DNA of 64,000 nt, from NCBI GenBank assembly GCA_012837425.1, contig DURE01000003.1, forward strand, positions 8,486-72,485, read 5' to 3'. Positions 36,919-45,183 of the stretch are shown here, one piece after another (the stretch's first letter is position 1; every line of letters starts with the position of its first letter). The translations under genes were made by a program, and so were the position numbers. This stretch comes from Clostridiales bacterium (GTDB lineage: Bacteria > Bacillota > Clostridia > Oscillospirales > CAG-272). The notes below the pieces were generated by a model, which did not search any database, was not told the origin of the DNA, and saw only the letters and a program-made list of their open reading frames with translations.

Positions 36919-39232
36919 CCTCGCGGTTTGTTAGCGCGGTGGAGGCCTTGCCGGAATTTTTGCGCGCGCGGCGCCGGCGGATTCTGTGATAGAGGCGGGA
37001 GAATAGGGCGAGAATTATCATCAGAATAAAGAAGACAAGCAGCGAGAGCACAATTATCCAGAGCACCGGGGCGGCGGTTCTTTGTTCACTTGCGGCGCTT
37101 ATTGAGGAAATCATAAGCTCATGCGGCGCTTCTTTGTCGGCCGGACTCAACCAGAGCGAGAGGTTGAAGTCTGCCCGGGCAGCCGCCCCGGCAAATTCCG
37201 AGATGTCAAAGCGGATAGTCTGGCTCCCCGGCAGGCAGGCGGCGGTTGCTTCGCATGTCAGATACCCGCCTTTTGCGTTCTGCGAGAGCCGCAGGGTAAG
37301 CGTCCCCTCGCCGCTGCTGTGCGAAATGTCAAAAACCAGATACTCGGCATCGGCAAGCAGCCGGCTGTCTATCCCGGTTTTGATAACTCCGGCCTCGCCC
37401 AGCCCCAGAATACGCAGCGCCGGCCCGCCGGCCGCGGGATAAAGGTCAATTCCAGCGCCGGCGCAGACCGGCTCAAAGCCCGAAAGTTCGCCCCGGGTGA
37501 AGTCAAAAACCGTCGATAGCTTAAGCTTCCCGCTGCCGGCGGCAGTTCCTTCTTTTCGGAATGCGCTTTTGACCCGAACCGCCTCCGAGAGGTTGCTGTA
37601 CATATAGTTAAACTCGCTGCCGGCCAGCGCCGCGGCCGCTGTTGCCGGGCTGTCGTCTTTGGTGTCAATCGAAGCAAACACTTCACAGACAGGTTTTTTT
37701 GTGCCGTCCGGGGAATAAAGGCCGCAATTGCATGTGTCGCTGTCGCAGAGCGGGGAGTAGATAAAGGCATCAATATCGCTATCTCCGGCGGCCTTGTAGT
37801 AGGCATAGGCATAAGAGGCCGCCTGGTTGCCGAGCGAGGAGGTGTCGGCCGGGTCTCCGCTCACCCCGAAGGAGCAGACAATAACGCTGCGCCTCTCCCC
37901 TGCAAAGGTGTAGTTTTTTGATAGCGCATAGGTCAGCACATTTATGTTGGCCGGTGAGAGATACTGCGAGGAAGCGCCGGTTGCCAGCGGGTCGTCCCAG
38001 ATGCTGCTGTCGGCCGGGTCAAGGGCCTGCGCCGAGGCCGCCACCCCCCAGTTGTAGTCGCCCGAGGCGGTGTTTGTTGCGTTAAATCCCGCTAAAAAAG
38101 CGCTTGAACTCATGCCGCCGGGGGTGTCGGTCGGGGCATTCCAGTTGCTGCCCAGCGAGATATAAACCCGGCCGGGGGCGTAGTTTGACACCAGCGCGGT
38201 GCGGGCAAGCCTTGTCAGCCGCACATAAGCGTCGGTATATGCCTGTGGGTCGGTTTCGCTGCCGGCGGCGTTTGAGGCCGACCAGTCATTGACGTCCGAG
38301 CCGATAATGAATGAGCCGCAAAAGCCGTATGCTCTGTCAGGGCGGGTGTAGCGCTCGGCGAAAAACCCGAAAAGCGCCGCCATATAGCCGGTACAGTCTT
38401 CATTATCAATGTTTATAGCATAGTGGCGGGCGTTTGCCGGGGCATCGGCAAACCCGAGGCAGGCGAGCTTGTCCGGCAGGTCTGCGGGGTGAGTGTTCAG
38501 TGTAAACCGGAAATATACAATGACCGACTCAGCCGAGAGGGTGGCAACCTTCCGGTCGAGCGCCCTGATCTGTGCGGTGTTGAAATGATATGTGATTCCG
38601 TTGAAAATATAATCGGTGGTGTCAAGCGAGGCCGGGTCGGCGGGGTTTGGGGTAGCTATAAAATCCTCTATTGCAATGTCAAGCACGACCTGCGATGCGC
38701 CGAGCGAGAGCGCGTCTGACACCGAACCGGTCTCAAGTCCCTTTAGCGACATTGCAACAGGATAGGCCTCCGCACGCGGGGCAAGCACCTCGGGGTTGAG
38801 CACCGGAACCGGTACGCCTACGGGGGTATAGCTGCCGTCGTCCGCTTTGGTTGCCAGCACATACGAGCAAAAGAGCCGGGTGAGCGAACCTTCGCCAAGC
38901 GGGGCCGACCAGGTGCTTTTTGCCGAGGCTCTAAAGGAATAAACCGGCTCAAGCCCCGCGAGCTCGGCGCCGGCTCCGGCGGGTAGCTCGAACAGGTAAA
39001 CCGTAGTCCGCGGGTTGTTCTCGACAAACCCGGTGCTGAGCGCCGAGCGGACCGTCAGCTTTGTCCCTCGGCTGTTTATTGTGACCGAGCGCACCCCGTC
39101 GGCCTGTGTCACCTCATGCAGGCCGACAACCCCCGGCTGCGCCGACCTGTCGGCCGGGTTGCAGGAGGCGAGCGGGAATACAGAGAGTATCAAAAGGGCT
39201 ATGACCGCAAGAATCCGGAGCCTGTTTTTCAT
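36911..39232 (-). CDS. Large lipoprotein with C-terminal TM anchor; glycoside-hydrolase-like body is only suspected
   Basis: ORF 36911..39244. MKNRLRILAVIALLILSVFPLASC lipobox. C-terminal helix VLWIIVLSLLVFFILMIILALF followed by RLYHRIRRRRARK. Function not recognisable. Confidence 0.6.
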   Translation of the reverse strand: MKNRLRILAVIALLILSVFPLASCNPADRSAQPGVVGLHEVTQADGVRSVTINSRGTKLTVRSALSTGFVENNPRTTVYLFELPAGAGAELAGLEPVYSFRASAKSTWSAPLGEGSLTRLFCSYVLATKADDGSYTPVGVPVPVLNPEVLAPRAEAYPVAMSLKGLETGSVSDALSLGASQVVLDIAIEDFIATPNPADPASLDTTDYIFNGITYHFNTAQIRALDRKVATLSAESVIVYFRFTLNTHPADLPDKLACLGFADAPANARHYAINIDNEDCTGYMAALFGFFAERYTRPDRAYGFCGSFIIGSDVNDWSASNAAGSETDPQAYTDAYVRLTRLARTALVSNYAPGRVYISLGSNWNAPTDTPGGMSSSAFLAGFNATNTASGDYNWGVAASAQALDPADSSIWDDPLATGASSQYLSPANINVLTYALSKNYTFAGERRSVIVCSFGVSGDPADTSSLGNQAASYAYAYYKAAGDSDIDAFIYSPLCDSDTCNCGLYSPDGTKKPVCEVFASIDTKDDSPATAAAALAGSEFNYMYSNLSEAVRVKSAFRKEGTAAGSGKLKLSTVFDFTRGELSGFEPVCAGAGIDLYPAAGGPALRILGLGEAGVIKTGIDSRLLADAEYLVFDISHSSGEGTLTLRLSQNAKGGYLTCEATAACLPGSQTIRFDISEFAGAAARADFNLSLWLSPADKEAPHELMISSISAASEQRTAAPVLWIIVLSLLVFFILMIILALFSRLYHRIRRRRARKNSGKASTALTNREDA

Positions 39233-39301
39233 ATCTACCCCCATGCCGCCAGAAGCGGCTGTTAAATTTCAAAAACAAAGCAAACAAGGTGCGCCGGGTT
39301 T

Positions 39302-40510
39302 TTATACATAACACCGCGGCACGCGAGAGCTAATCAGACAAAGCGACTCGTAAACTATGGTGCCGGCGCGGCGCGAGAGCGCCTCAAGGTCGCCGGGCTC
39401 CTCGCCGAAAAGGACGGCGACATCTCCGGTTGTGCAGGGGGTTCCGGTAATATCGGCGGTCAACTGGTCCATGCAGACCCGCCCGACAACCGTGGCCGGA
39501 TAGGCTCTGTTGTCGTGGTATATTTTTATTGTGCCGCCTTCAAATCCCCGCACAAACCCGTCGGCATAGCCTACGGGTATAACCGCAATTCTTTTCGGGG
39601 TGTCCGATGAAAAGCCCCCTCCGTAGCCGACCGTAGCCCCGGGATGCAGGTCCAGGACATGCGAGACAAAGGAGCGGAGCTTCATTACCGGCATGAGTCC
39701 GGGGAAATTAACACCATACGACGGACAAAGGCCGTATAGCATTATGCCGAACCTCACCATATCCAGCCGGTATTCGGGGTAGCGGGCCGCCGCGGCGCTG
39801 TTGCAGACATGCCGGTGCGGGAGGTTGATGCCCCGTGCCCGGAGCAGCGTGTCGACCGTCAGGAACCGGCGAAACTGAAGTGCGGTATATTCCTCCCCGC
39901 TCATGCTCGCCGGAGGGTTTTCCCGGCAGCCCTCCTCGTCGGCCCTTGAAAAATGCGTGAGAAGCCCCTCAAGCCGCAGGTGGGGGGAGGCTGCCAGCTT
40001 TGCTGCAATATCCGCCGCGGCGGCTATCGCCCGGTCGGTTTGGGCCGGCAGGCCGAGCCGGTTCATGCCGGTGTCAAGCTTCAGATGCACCCGAACCACA
40101 ATGCCGGCAGCCTCGGCGGCGTCGGACAGCCTGTTCATATATTCTTCCGAAATAACGGTCTGTATAATATTGTTTCCTGCCAGCTCGTCGGCGCAGTCTG
40201 GGTCTGTATAGCCTAAAATTAGAATGTCGGGCCCCGGGCCGAGCTCCTGTCGCAGGGCTGTTGCCTCGTCAAGTGAGGCTACTGCGAAAAAATTGCACCC
40301 GGCTCCCGCCAGCGCCCGCGACACGGCGCCGGCTCCGTGCCCGTAGGCGTCGGCCTTGACCACGCAGACCGGCCTTACATGCGGGGTGGCGCGGCGCGCG
40401 GAACCCAGCAGTAGGTCATAGTTGTGGAGCAGTGCTCCGAGGCTTATTTCGGCAACCGTTGCGGGGGCTTTATGGCAGGGGAGCGACGAGTAAAGTCTGT
40501 ATGTCTCCAT
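39302..40510 (-). CDS. alr: Alanine racemase
   Basis: 402 aa. PLP-Lys motif CVVKADAYGHGA. C-terminal ...GRVCMDQL... motif. Confidence 0.93.
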   Translation of the reverse strand: METYRLYSSLPCHKAPATVAEISLGALLHNYDLLLGSARRATPHVRPVCVVKADAYGHGAGAVSRALAGAGCNFFAVASLDEATALRQELGPGPDILILGYTDPDCADELAGNNIIQTVISEEYMNRLSDAAEAAGIVVRVHLKLDTGMNRLGLPAQTDRAIAAAADIAAKLAASPHLRLEGLLTHFSRADEEGCRENPPASMSGEEYTALQFRRFLTVDTLLRARGINLPHRHVCNSAAAARYPEYRLDMVRFGIMLYGLCPSYGVNFPGLMPVMKLRSFVSHVLDLHPGATVGYGGGFSSDTPKRIAVIPVGYADGFVRGFEGGTIKIYHDNRAYPATVVGRVCMDQLTADITGTPCTTGDVAVLFGEEPGDLEALSRRAGTIVYESLCLISSRVPRCYV

Positions 40511-40667
40511 TTGCGGCCTTTCGTCGGGTATTTGTCAAGGGTCATAAGGCCGATGACAATATTTGTCCAGAATATTATATCATATGCCGCCCGGAATTGC
40601 AATATTAGGTTATTGTAAAGTCTTTTCCAACATAAGATGTAAATGAAATTTTAATATAGAGGGCCGT

Positions 40668-41201
40668 ATGAAAAGACTGCTGACTATTCTGTTGCCGGCG
40701 CTTTTGCTTTGCGGCTGCGCGGCCGACAGCAGGTATCTCGAATATACCGCCTCTGCCTTTGAGGCGACGGTAGAGGGCAGGATAGGGGAGCTGGATTTCA
40801 CAGCCGAGGTACGGGTTGGCGCTCCCAGAGACCCGAAGGCAGAAAACCCCCCGCCGCGCGATATTGAAATGACATTTTTGAGCCCCGCGACGCTAGCAGG
40901 GATAAGGATTGCGCGAAGAGACGGCCGGGTGAGCGTTACCTCGGGCGAGCTTGTCGCCGACGGCAGATATGCGGCCGACTGGCTGGCGGCAGCCGACCTC
41001 CTTGTTCCCGTGGGCCGCATAACCGGGACGGTCAAGGTCGTCGAGGGCGATGTGAAAATGACCAGGGTTGAGATAAGGACGGGCGACCTAGGCCTGCTGA
41101 CGCTCTGGACAGATCGCTCGGGTTATCCCCTGCGCATCAGGTCTTTATCGAACGGAGCCAATATCGATATTTCCATCAGGACTTTTATGCCAAAACAATA
41201 A
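40668..41201 (+). CDS. Putative lipoprotein, unknown function
   Basis: 177 aa. MKRLLTILLPALLLCGC lipobox. RBS AGAGGG. Confidence 0.6.
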   Translation: MKRLLTILLPALLLCGCAADSRYLEYTASAFEATVEGRIGELDFTAEVRVGAPRDPKAENPPPRDIEMTFLSPATLAGIRIARRDGRVSVTSGELVADGRYAADWLAAADLLVPVGRITGTVKVVEGDVKMTRVEIRTGDLGLLTLWTDRSGYPLRIRSLSNGANIDISIRTFMPKQ

Positions 41202-41273
41202 AAAAAGGGAAGCTCTCTTGTTGAGACCTTCCCTTCATGTTTTGAATATTGCGCAGTTGTCGGACAGGCTGTG

Positions 41274-41627
41274 TCAGACCCTTTTTTTGGGCAACAGCGC
41301 GACAACTACAATGATGATAACCACAACAATAATAATCGTGATTATAATCCCCCACATTGTGGCGTCATCCCGCGCGTCGCCGCCGCCGGGGGCGGTTGTG
41401 GTTCCGCCTGCGGTGGTCGTCCCTCCGGCAGTAGTTGTTCCGCCGGCGGTTGTTGTTCCGCCGGCGGTTGTTGTCTCGTCGTCGGTTGTGGTTTCGGCGG
41501 CAGTCGTCGTCTCGTCGCCGGTTGTGGTGTCATCGGTGGTTGCAGCACAAGGCAGGAGAGCGGCAAAAAGCGACAACAGAAGCATCACGGCCAGCAGCGC
41601 TGCTGCGAGTTTAGCTGTTTTTCTCAT
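41274..41627 (-). CDS. Small Thr-rich repeat surface protein (signal peptide, TTTAGG repeats, C-terminal TM, KKRV)
   Basis: Internal ATG 41627 of track ORF 41274..42194, preceded by AAGGGGA. 117 aa: MRKTAKLAAALLAVMLLLSLFAALLPCAA... (TTTAGG)x4 ...WGIIITIIIVVVIIIVVVALLPKKRV. Confidence 0.6.
   Translation of the reverse strand: MRKTAKLAAALLAVMLLLSLFAALLPCAATTDDTTTGDETTTAAETTTDDETTTAGGTTTAGGTTTAGGTTTAGGTTTAPGGGDARDDATMWGIIITIIIVVVIIIVVVALLPKKRV
41401..41472. repeat. 18-bp coding tandem repeat (x4) inside the Thr-rich gene
   Basis: Four consecutive 18-nt units; the last two are identical (gttccgccggcggttgtt). They encode TTTAGG. Confidence 0.8.
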
Positions 41628-41839
41628 GGTGCATATCCCCTTTTGTGGATTTGAGTATTTCTCCGGGTAAGGCGCGGCAGAATTCCTTTTGGAACAATGC
41701 CGTGCAGTATGAAGAATCGTGTGGCACACAAAATCTATTATTCCACGTGCAAATGATATTATGTAAGCCGGAATAAAAATAAAGGCCAGCACGGCAGGCA
41801 TATAAAACCGCAAAAAAGTCGCGTGCCGCAAAAAAAGTG

Positions 41840-41868
41840 TTGACAAGCCGGCGGTACGGTGATATAAT
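41840..41868 (+). promoter_or_regulatory. Consensus sigma-A promoter for the rpmG-secE-nusG-rplKA operon
   Basis: TTGACA (41840-45), exact 17-nt spacer, TGaTATAAT (extended -10; TATAAT at 41863-68). Confidence 0.8.
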
Positions 41869-42020
41869 GTTGCTACCTCTGCCCGCAGAGTTATTTTGTT
41901 GCGCAACCTATATTTTGCCGGGCGCCAAGCAAAATCAGGGGGGCGCAGCGCCGCGCGCTGAGGGAGGTACACCAGCCGCCTTGTGGCGGTAAAATTAATA
42001 GTATCGGAGGTGCCGAAAAC

Positions 42021-42182
42021 ATGGCTAACGACGTACGTGTCAGAGTTACACTGGCCTGCACCGAATGCAAGCAGCGCAATTATGACACAATGAAAAACAA
42101 GAAAAGCAACCCCGACCGGCTTGAGGGGAGAAAGTTCTGCAAATTCTGCCGCAAGCACACGCTTCACAGAGAGACCAAGTAG
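42021..42182 (+). CDS. rpmG: 50S ribosomal protein L33
   Basis: Below the track cutoff. My translation: [53 protein letters not shown] (CxxC...CxxC zinc ribbon). RBS GGAGGTG. Confidence 0.93.
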   Translation: MANDVRVRVTLACTECKQRNYDTMKNKKSNPDRLEGRKFCKFCRKHTLHRETK

Positions 42183-42194
42183 GGCGGTGATCAA

Positions 42195-42722
42195 ATGATG
42201 AAGAAAAACAGGCTGGCCGTTTTGCTGGCCGCGCTGCTGCTGGGGCTTGTGCTGTCGGTTTCTTTATTGAGTGTTCCGGCCGGTGCGGCCGACACGCAGT
42301 CGACCGTAGAGACGGCTGCCGAGGGAGACACCGACACGGCCGGAACCTCAGATCAGGACGCCGAAACCGAGCCGGGTGATGAAAAAGCGCCGGGCGACGA
42401 GGAGGAGACAACACCCGAGACCGAGGAAGGGGAAGAAGAGGCCGGAGGCCTTAGCCTCAGCTTCTGGATTAGCATGGGCGTGCTTGCCCTGTTGGTTGTT
42501 GTTGCGGTTGTAGTCGGTATAAAGAAAAGAGAGAGCCTTGGCAAATGGTGGCGCAGCTACAAAAGCGAGCTGAATAAAATCGTTTGGATGCCCTGGAGGG
42601 ATGTCCGCAAGAACACGGCGGTGGTCATTGTGGTGGTAGTAGTCATCGGAGTGATTATCGGGCTGCTTGACTATGTGTTCTCAAGGGGAATCATCGAGCT
42701 GGGCAACATAGTGCGGCTATGA
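42195..42722 (+). CDS. secE: Preprotein translocase SecE with an N-terminal extension of about 110 aa
   Basis: 175 aa. The C-terminal 60 aa (WWRSYKSELNKIVWMPWRDVRKNTAVVIVVVVVIGVIIGLLDYVF) is the SecE core. It is preceded by a signal-like helix, an acidic T/E/D-rich segment and a second TM. Internal start not excluded. Confidence 0.8.
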   Translation: MMKKNRLAVLLAALLLGLVLSVSLLSVPAGAADTQSTVETAAEGDTDTAGTSDQDAETEPGDEKAPGDEEETTPETEEGEEEAGGLSLSFWISMGVLALLVVVAVVVGIKKRESLGKWWRSYKSELNKIVWMPWRDVRKNTAVVIVVVVVIGVIIGLLDYVFSRGIIELGNIVRL

Positions 42723-43261
42723 GCGATATAAATGAAATGAACGTAGGCCCGAGATGGTATGTGGCGCATACCTTTTCAGGATACGAAAACAAGGTCAAGG
42801 CAAGTCTTGAAAGAATAATCCAGAACCGCAACCTGCAGCATCTGATATTTGACATCCGCATTCCGGTCAGGAAGGTAATCGAAAAAAACGGGGATGTCGA
42901 AAAAGAAATTGAAACCAAGGTGTTTCCCGGCTACGTGCTCATCAAGATGGTGATGAACGACGAGAGCTGGCATGCGGTGCGCAACATATCAGGCGTTACA
43001 GGCTTTGTCGGCCCGGGTTCGCGCCCCACGCCGCTGACCGAAGAAGAGGTCGAGGCGCTCAATATCGAGGAAAAGAAGATACAGCTTTCCTACAAGGTCG
43101 GGGACAACGTGAAAATCTGCAGCGGATTGTTTGAGGGATACACCGGAGTTGTGCAGAGCATATCCGACGACCTTAAGACCGTCACGGTGCTTGTCAAGAG
43201 AGGGCGCCGCGACATGCCTGTCGAGCTGGACACCAGCGCGGTTAAGGCCGACATAAACTGA
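42719..43261 (+). CDS. nusG: Transcription termination/antitermination factor NusG
   Basis: 180 aa. WYVAHTFSGYENKV, FPGYVLIKM. KOW region GDNVKICSGLFEGYTGVV. Confidence 0.95.
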   Translation: MSDINEMNVGPRWYVAHTFSGYENKVKASLERIIQNRNLQHLIFDIRIPVRKVIEKNGDVEKEIETKVFPGYVLIKMVMNDESWHAVRNISGVTGFVGPGSRPTPLTEEEVEALNIEEKKIQLSYKVGDNVKICSGLFEGYTGVVQSISDDLKTVTVLVKRGRRDMPVELDTSAVKADIN

Positions 43262-43343
43262 CGGAGACCCCGTCGCTTTTAGTGGGAGGGAGAAAATTTT
43301 TTGAGTCTCCCGCCGAAAACCACACCTGGAGGATTAATTAAAA

Positions 43344-43769
43344 ATGGCAAAGAAAGTACTTGGGTATATCAAGCTACAGCTTCCGGCCGGTAAGGCCACG
43401 CCTCAGCCCCCGGTTGGGCCGGCGCTCGGCCAGTACGGCGTCGCTATACCCGTATTTACAAAGGAATTCAACGAGCGGACAAAGAATGATATAGGGCTGG
43501 TCATACCCGTAGTAATCACGGTGTATGCCGACCGCTCCTTTACCTTTATTACCAAAACCCCACCGGCTGCCGTTCTGATTAAAAAGGCCTGCGGGATTGA
43601 GACCGCCTCGGCCAAGCCCAACCGGGACAAGGTGGCCAGGATAACCAAAGAGCAGATAAGAAAAATCGCAGAAACCAAAATGCCCGACCTCAATGCCGCC
43701 TCCATAGAGACCGCTATGAGCATGATAGCAGGCACCGCCCGCAGCATGGGCGTTGAAGTTGTTGATTGA
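43344..43769 (+). CDS. rplK: 50S ribosomal protein L11
   Basis: 141 aa. [30 protein letters not shown]. Confidence 0.97.
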   Translation: MAKKVLGYIKLQLPAGKATPQPPVGPALGQYGVAIPVFTKEFNERTKNDIGLVIPVVITVYADRSFTFITKTPPAAVLIKKACGIETASAKPNRDKVARITKEQIRKIAETKMPDLNAASIETAMSMIAGTARSMGVEVVD

Positions 43770-43782
43770 GGAGGGCGCGGAC

Positions 43783-44478
43783 ATGGCTAAATACGGAAAA
43801 AAATATCTTGAGAGCGCTAAGCTTTTCGACAAAACAAAGCTCTATGACCCGCAAGAGGCCTTTGAGCTGGTCTGCAAGGCCGCAAAGGCAAAGTTTGACG
43901 AGACCATCGAGGTGCATGTCCGACTGGGTGTCGACTCGCGCCACGCCGACCAGCAGGTAAGGGGCGCCGTGGTGCTCCCCAACGGAACCGGCAAAAATGT
44001 CCGGGTGCTGGTGTTTGCCAAGGGCGACAAGGCCGAAGGGGCCAAAGAGGCCGGCGCCGACTATGTCGGCGAGGCCGAGCTGGTCGAGAAAATCACAAAA
44101 GAAAACTGGTTTGACTTCGATGTGGTTATCGCAAGCCCGGATATGATGGGTATAGTCGGACGGCTCGGGCGTGTGCTCGGCCCGAAAGGACTCATGCCCA
44201 ACCCCAAGGCTGGCACCGTCACGCCAGACGTCGCCCGCGCGGTAAGGGAGGCCAAGGCCGGGAAGATTGAGTACCGGTTGGACAAAACCAACATCATTCA
44301 CTGCCCCATTGGCAAAGTCTCATTCGGTGTTGATAAGCTCAGGGAGAACTTTGAGACGCTGCTAGGCGCGGTTATCAAGGCCAAGCCGGCCGCCGCAAAG
44401 GGTCAGTACATCAAAAGCTGCGTTATTGCCAGCACGATGGGCCCGGGGATTAAAATCAATCATTCCAAAATTAGTTAA
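43783..44478 (+). CDS. rplA: 50S ribosomal protein L1
   Basis: ORF 43753..44478. ATG 43783 follows [24 protein letters not shown]...[12 protein letters not shown]...[21 protein letters not shown]. Confidence 0.96.
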   Translation: MAKYGKKYLESAKLFDKTKLYDPQEAFELVCKAAKAKFDETIEVHVRLGVDSRHADQQVRGAVVLPNGTGKNVRVLVFAKGDKAEGAKEAGADYVGEAELVEKITKENWFDFDVVIASPDMMGIVGRLGRVLGPKGLMPNPKAGTVTPDVARAVREAKAGKIEYRLDKTNIIHCPIGKVSFGVDKLRENFETLLGAVIKAKPAAAKGQYIKSCVIASTMGPGIKINHSKIS

Positions 44479-44495
44479 TATGAGCTAATAAAAAA

Positions 44496-44540
44496 CCGGG
44501 GTTGGGCAAGTCAATTTGATTTGCCAGCCCCGGCCTCTTT
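44496..44540 (+). terminator. Hairpin after rplA
   Basis: CCGGGGTTGGGCAA ...loop... TTGCCAGCCCCGG followed by CCTCTTT. Imperfect stem and weak U-tract. Confidence 0.5.
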
Positions 44541-44577
44541 GTAGGCAGGTTGATTACAGTATTAGTGATTTGATTAT

Positions 44578-44666
44578 TGAAGTTCCTTGAGCGGGGCGTG
44601 GGGCGGAGCCCCACAAAAAGCGGGAGGCGCGGGGAGTGTGCGTGCGTCAGCACGCTCTTTTTTTTG
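44578..44666 (+). repeat. Dispersed intergenic composite repeat, copy C, ending in a hairpin plus T8
   Basis: TTGAAGTTCCTTGAGCGGGGCGTGGGGCGGAGCCCCACAAAAAGCGGGAGGCGCGGGGAGTGTGCGTGCgtcaGCACGCTCTTTTTTTT. Confidence 0.65.
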
Positions 44667-44842
44667 TAGAGAGCGACGACCACAGCGCGCTCGCGTCCTC
44701 TTCCTCATTTCAGCCGGTGTAGCGAAATAAATGATGCCAGGAAGTTTTTAGGTTCCTAAGGGGCTTTTTTCCTTGGATTATAATATCAAGTGCAAGATAG
44801 CAACTCATCGAAATCCTTGCACTTGACTTGACAATTCTGTTC

Positions 44843-44908
44843 AAAAAAGTTCCCTGAGAATCTCAAAAACCTTCTAACCATATCGCAAATGGCTCCACAC
44901 CCCGCGCG
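44843..44908. repeat. Partial or rearranged copy F of the dispersed repeat
   Basis: AAAAAAGTTCCCTGAGAATCTC..., then GGCTCCACACCCCGCGCG (rc CGCGCGGGGTGTGGAGCC resembles the hairpin module). Confidence 0.45.
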
Positions 44909-45053
44909 CTGCTGCCATTTGGCCGCCTGATTACTTGGCCGGAGGACGCGCGGGATATGGCGGGGCACACTTAAAATCTTCGCTTCGTACGAGAGGGCAC
45001 ATTCAGAATTCACGCCGTGAGGCCTGCTCGCTATTTTTTTTTAAGTCGACTGC

Positions 45054-45079
45054 GCCGGGTTGTCCCGGCCTTTTTGTTT
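45054..45079 (+). terminator. Orphan terminator-like hairpin in the rplA-downstream gap
   Basis: GCCGGG ttgt CCCGGC followed by CTTTTTGTTT. No annotated plus-strand gene ends here. Confidence 0.5.
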
Positions 45080-45183
45080 GACGAAAAGTCGTAAAAGTTA
45101 CATTTCTGGTAGCATATTTTATATATTACGCTGGTCAGGGCATTGTATAATAAAAGTAAAATTAAACTTGTGCGGAGTGTGGT

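Noticed and set aside
36127-37029. 300-aa plus-strand ORF
   Set aside because: It is antisense to the AraC regulator and the end of the large lipoprotein gene, with no motifs.
41628-42194. N-terminal 189 codons of track ORF 41274..42194
   Set aside because: This extension would run antisense through rpmG and its consensus promoter. An internal ATG at 41627 with an RBS gives a coherent signal-peptide protein, so only 41274..41627 is kept.
44786-45013. 75-aa minus-strand ORF (and 44471..44683) inside the rplA-downstream gap
   Set aside because: There is no RBS and the sequence is not protein-like. It overlaps repeat and hairpin elements, so the region is treated as non-coding.
44479-45183. 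Known structured RNAs (RNase P, SRP/4.5S, tmRNA, 6S) in this gap and in the other large intergenic regions (8912-9229, 21388-21611, 57359-57677)
   Set aside because: I did not find their conserved cores: the GAGGAAAGTCC-type P4 of RNase P, the GGAAGCAGC-type SRP motif, or a tRNA-like CCA end. This is an absence by eye only and a covariance-model scan is still needed.
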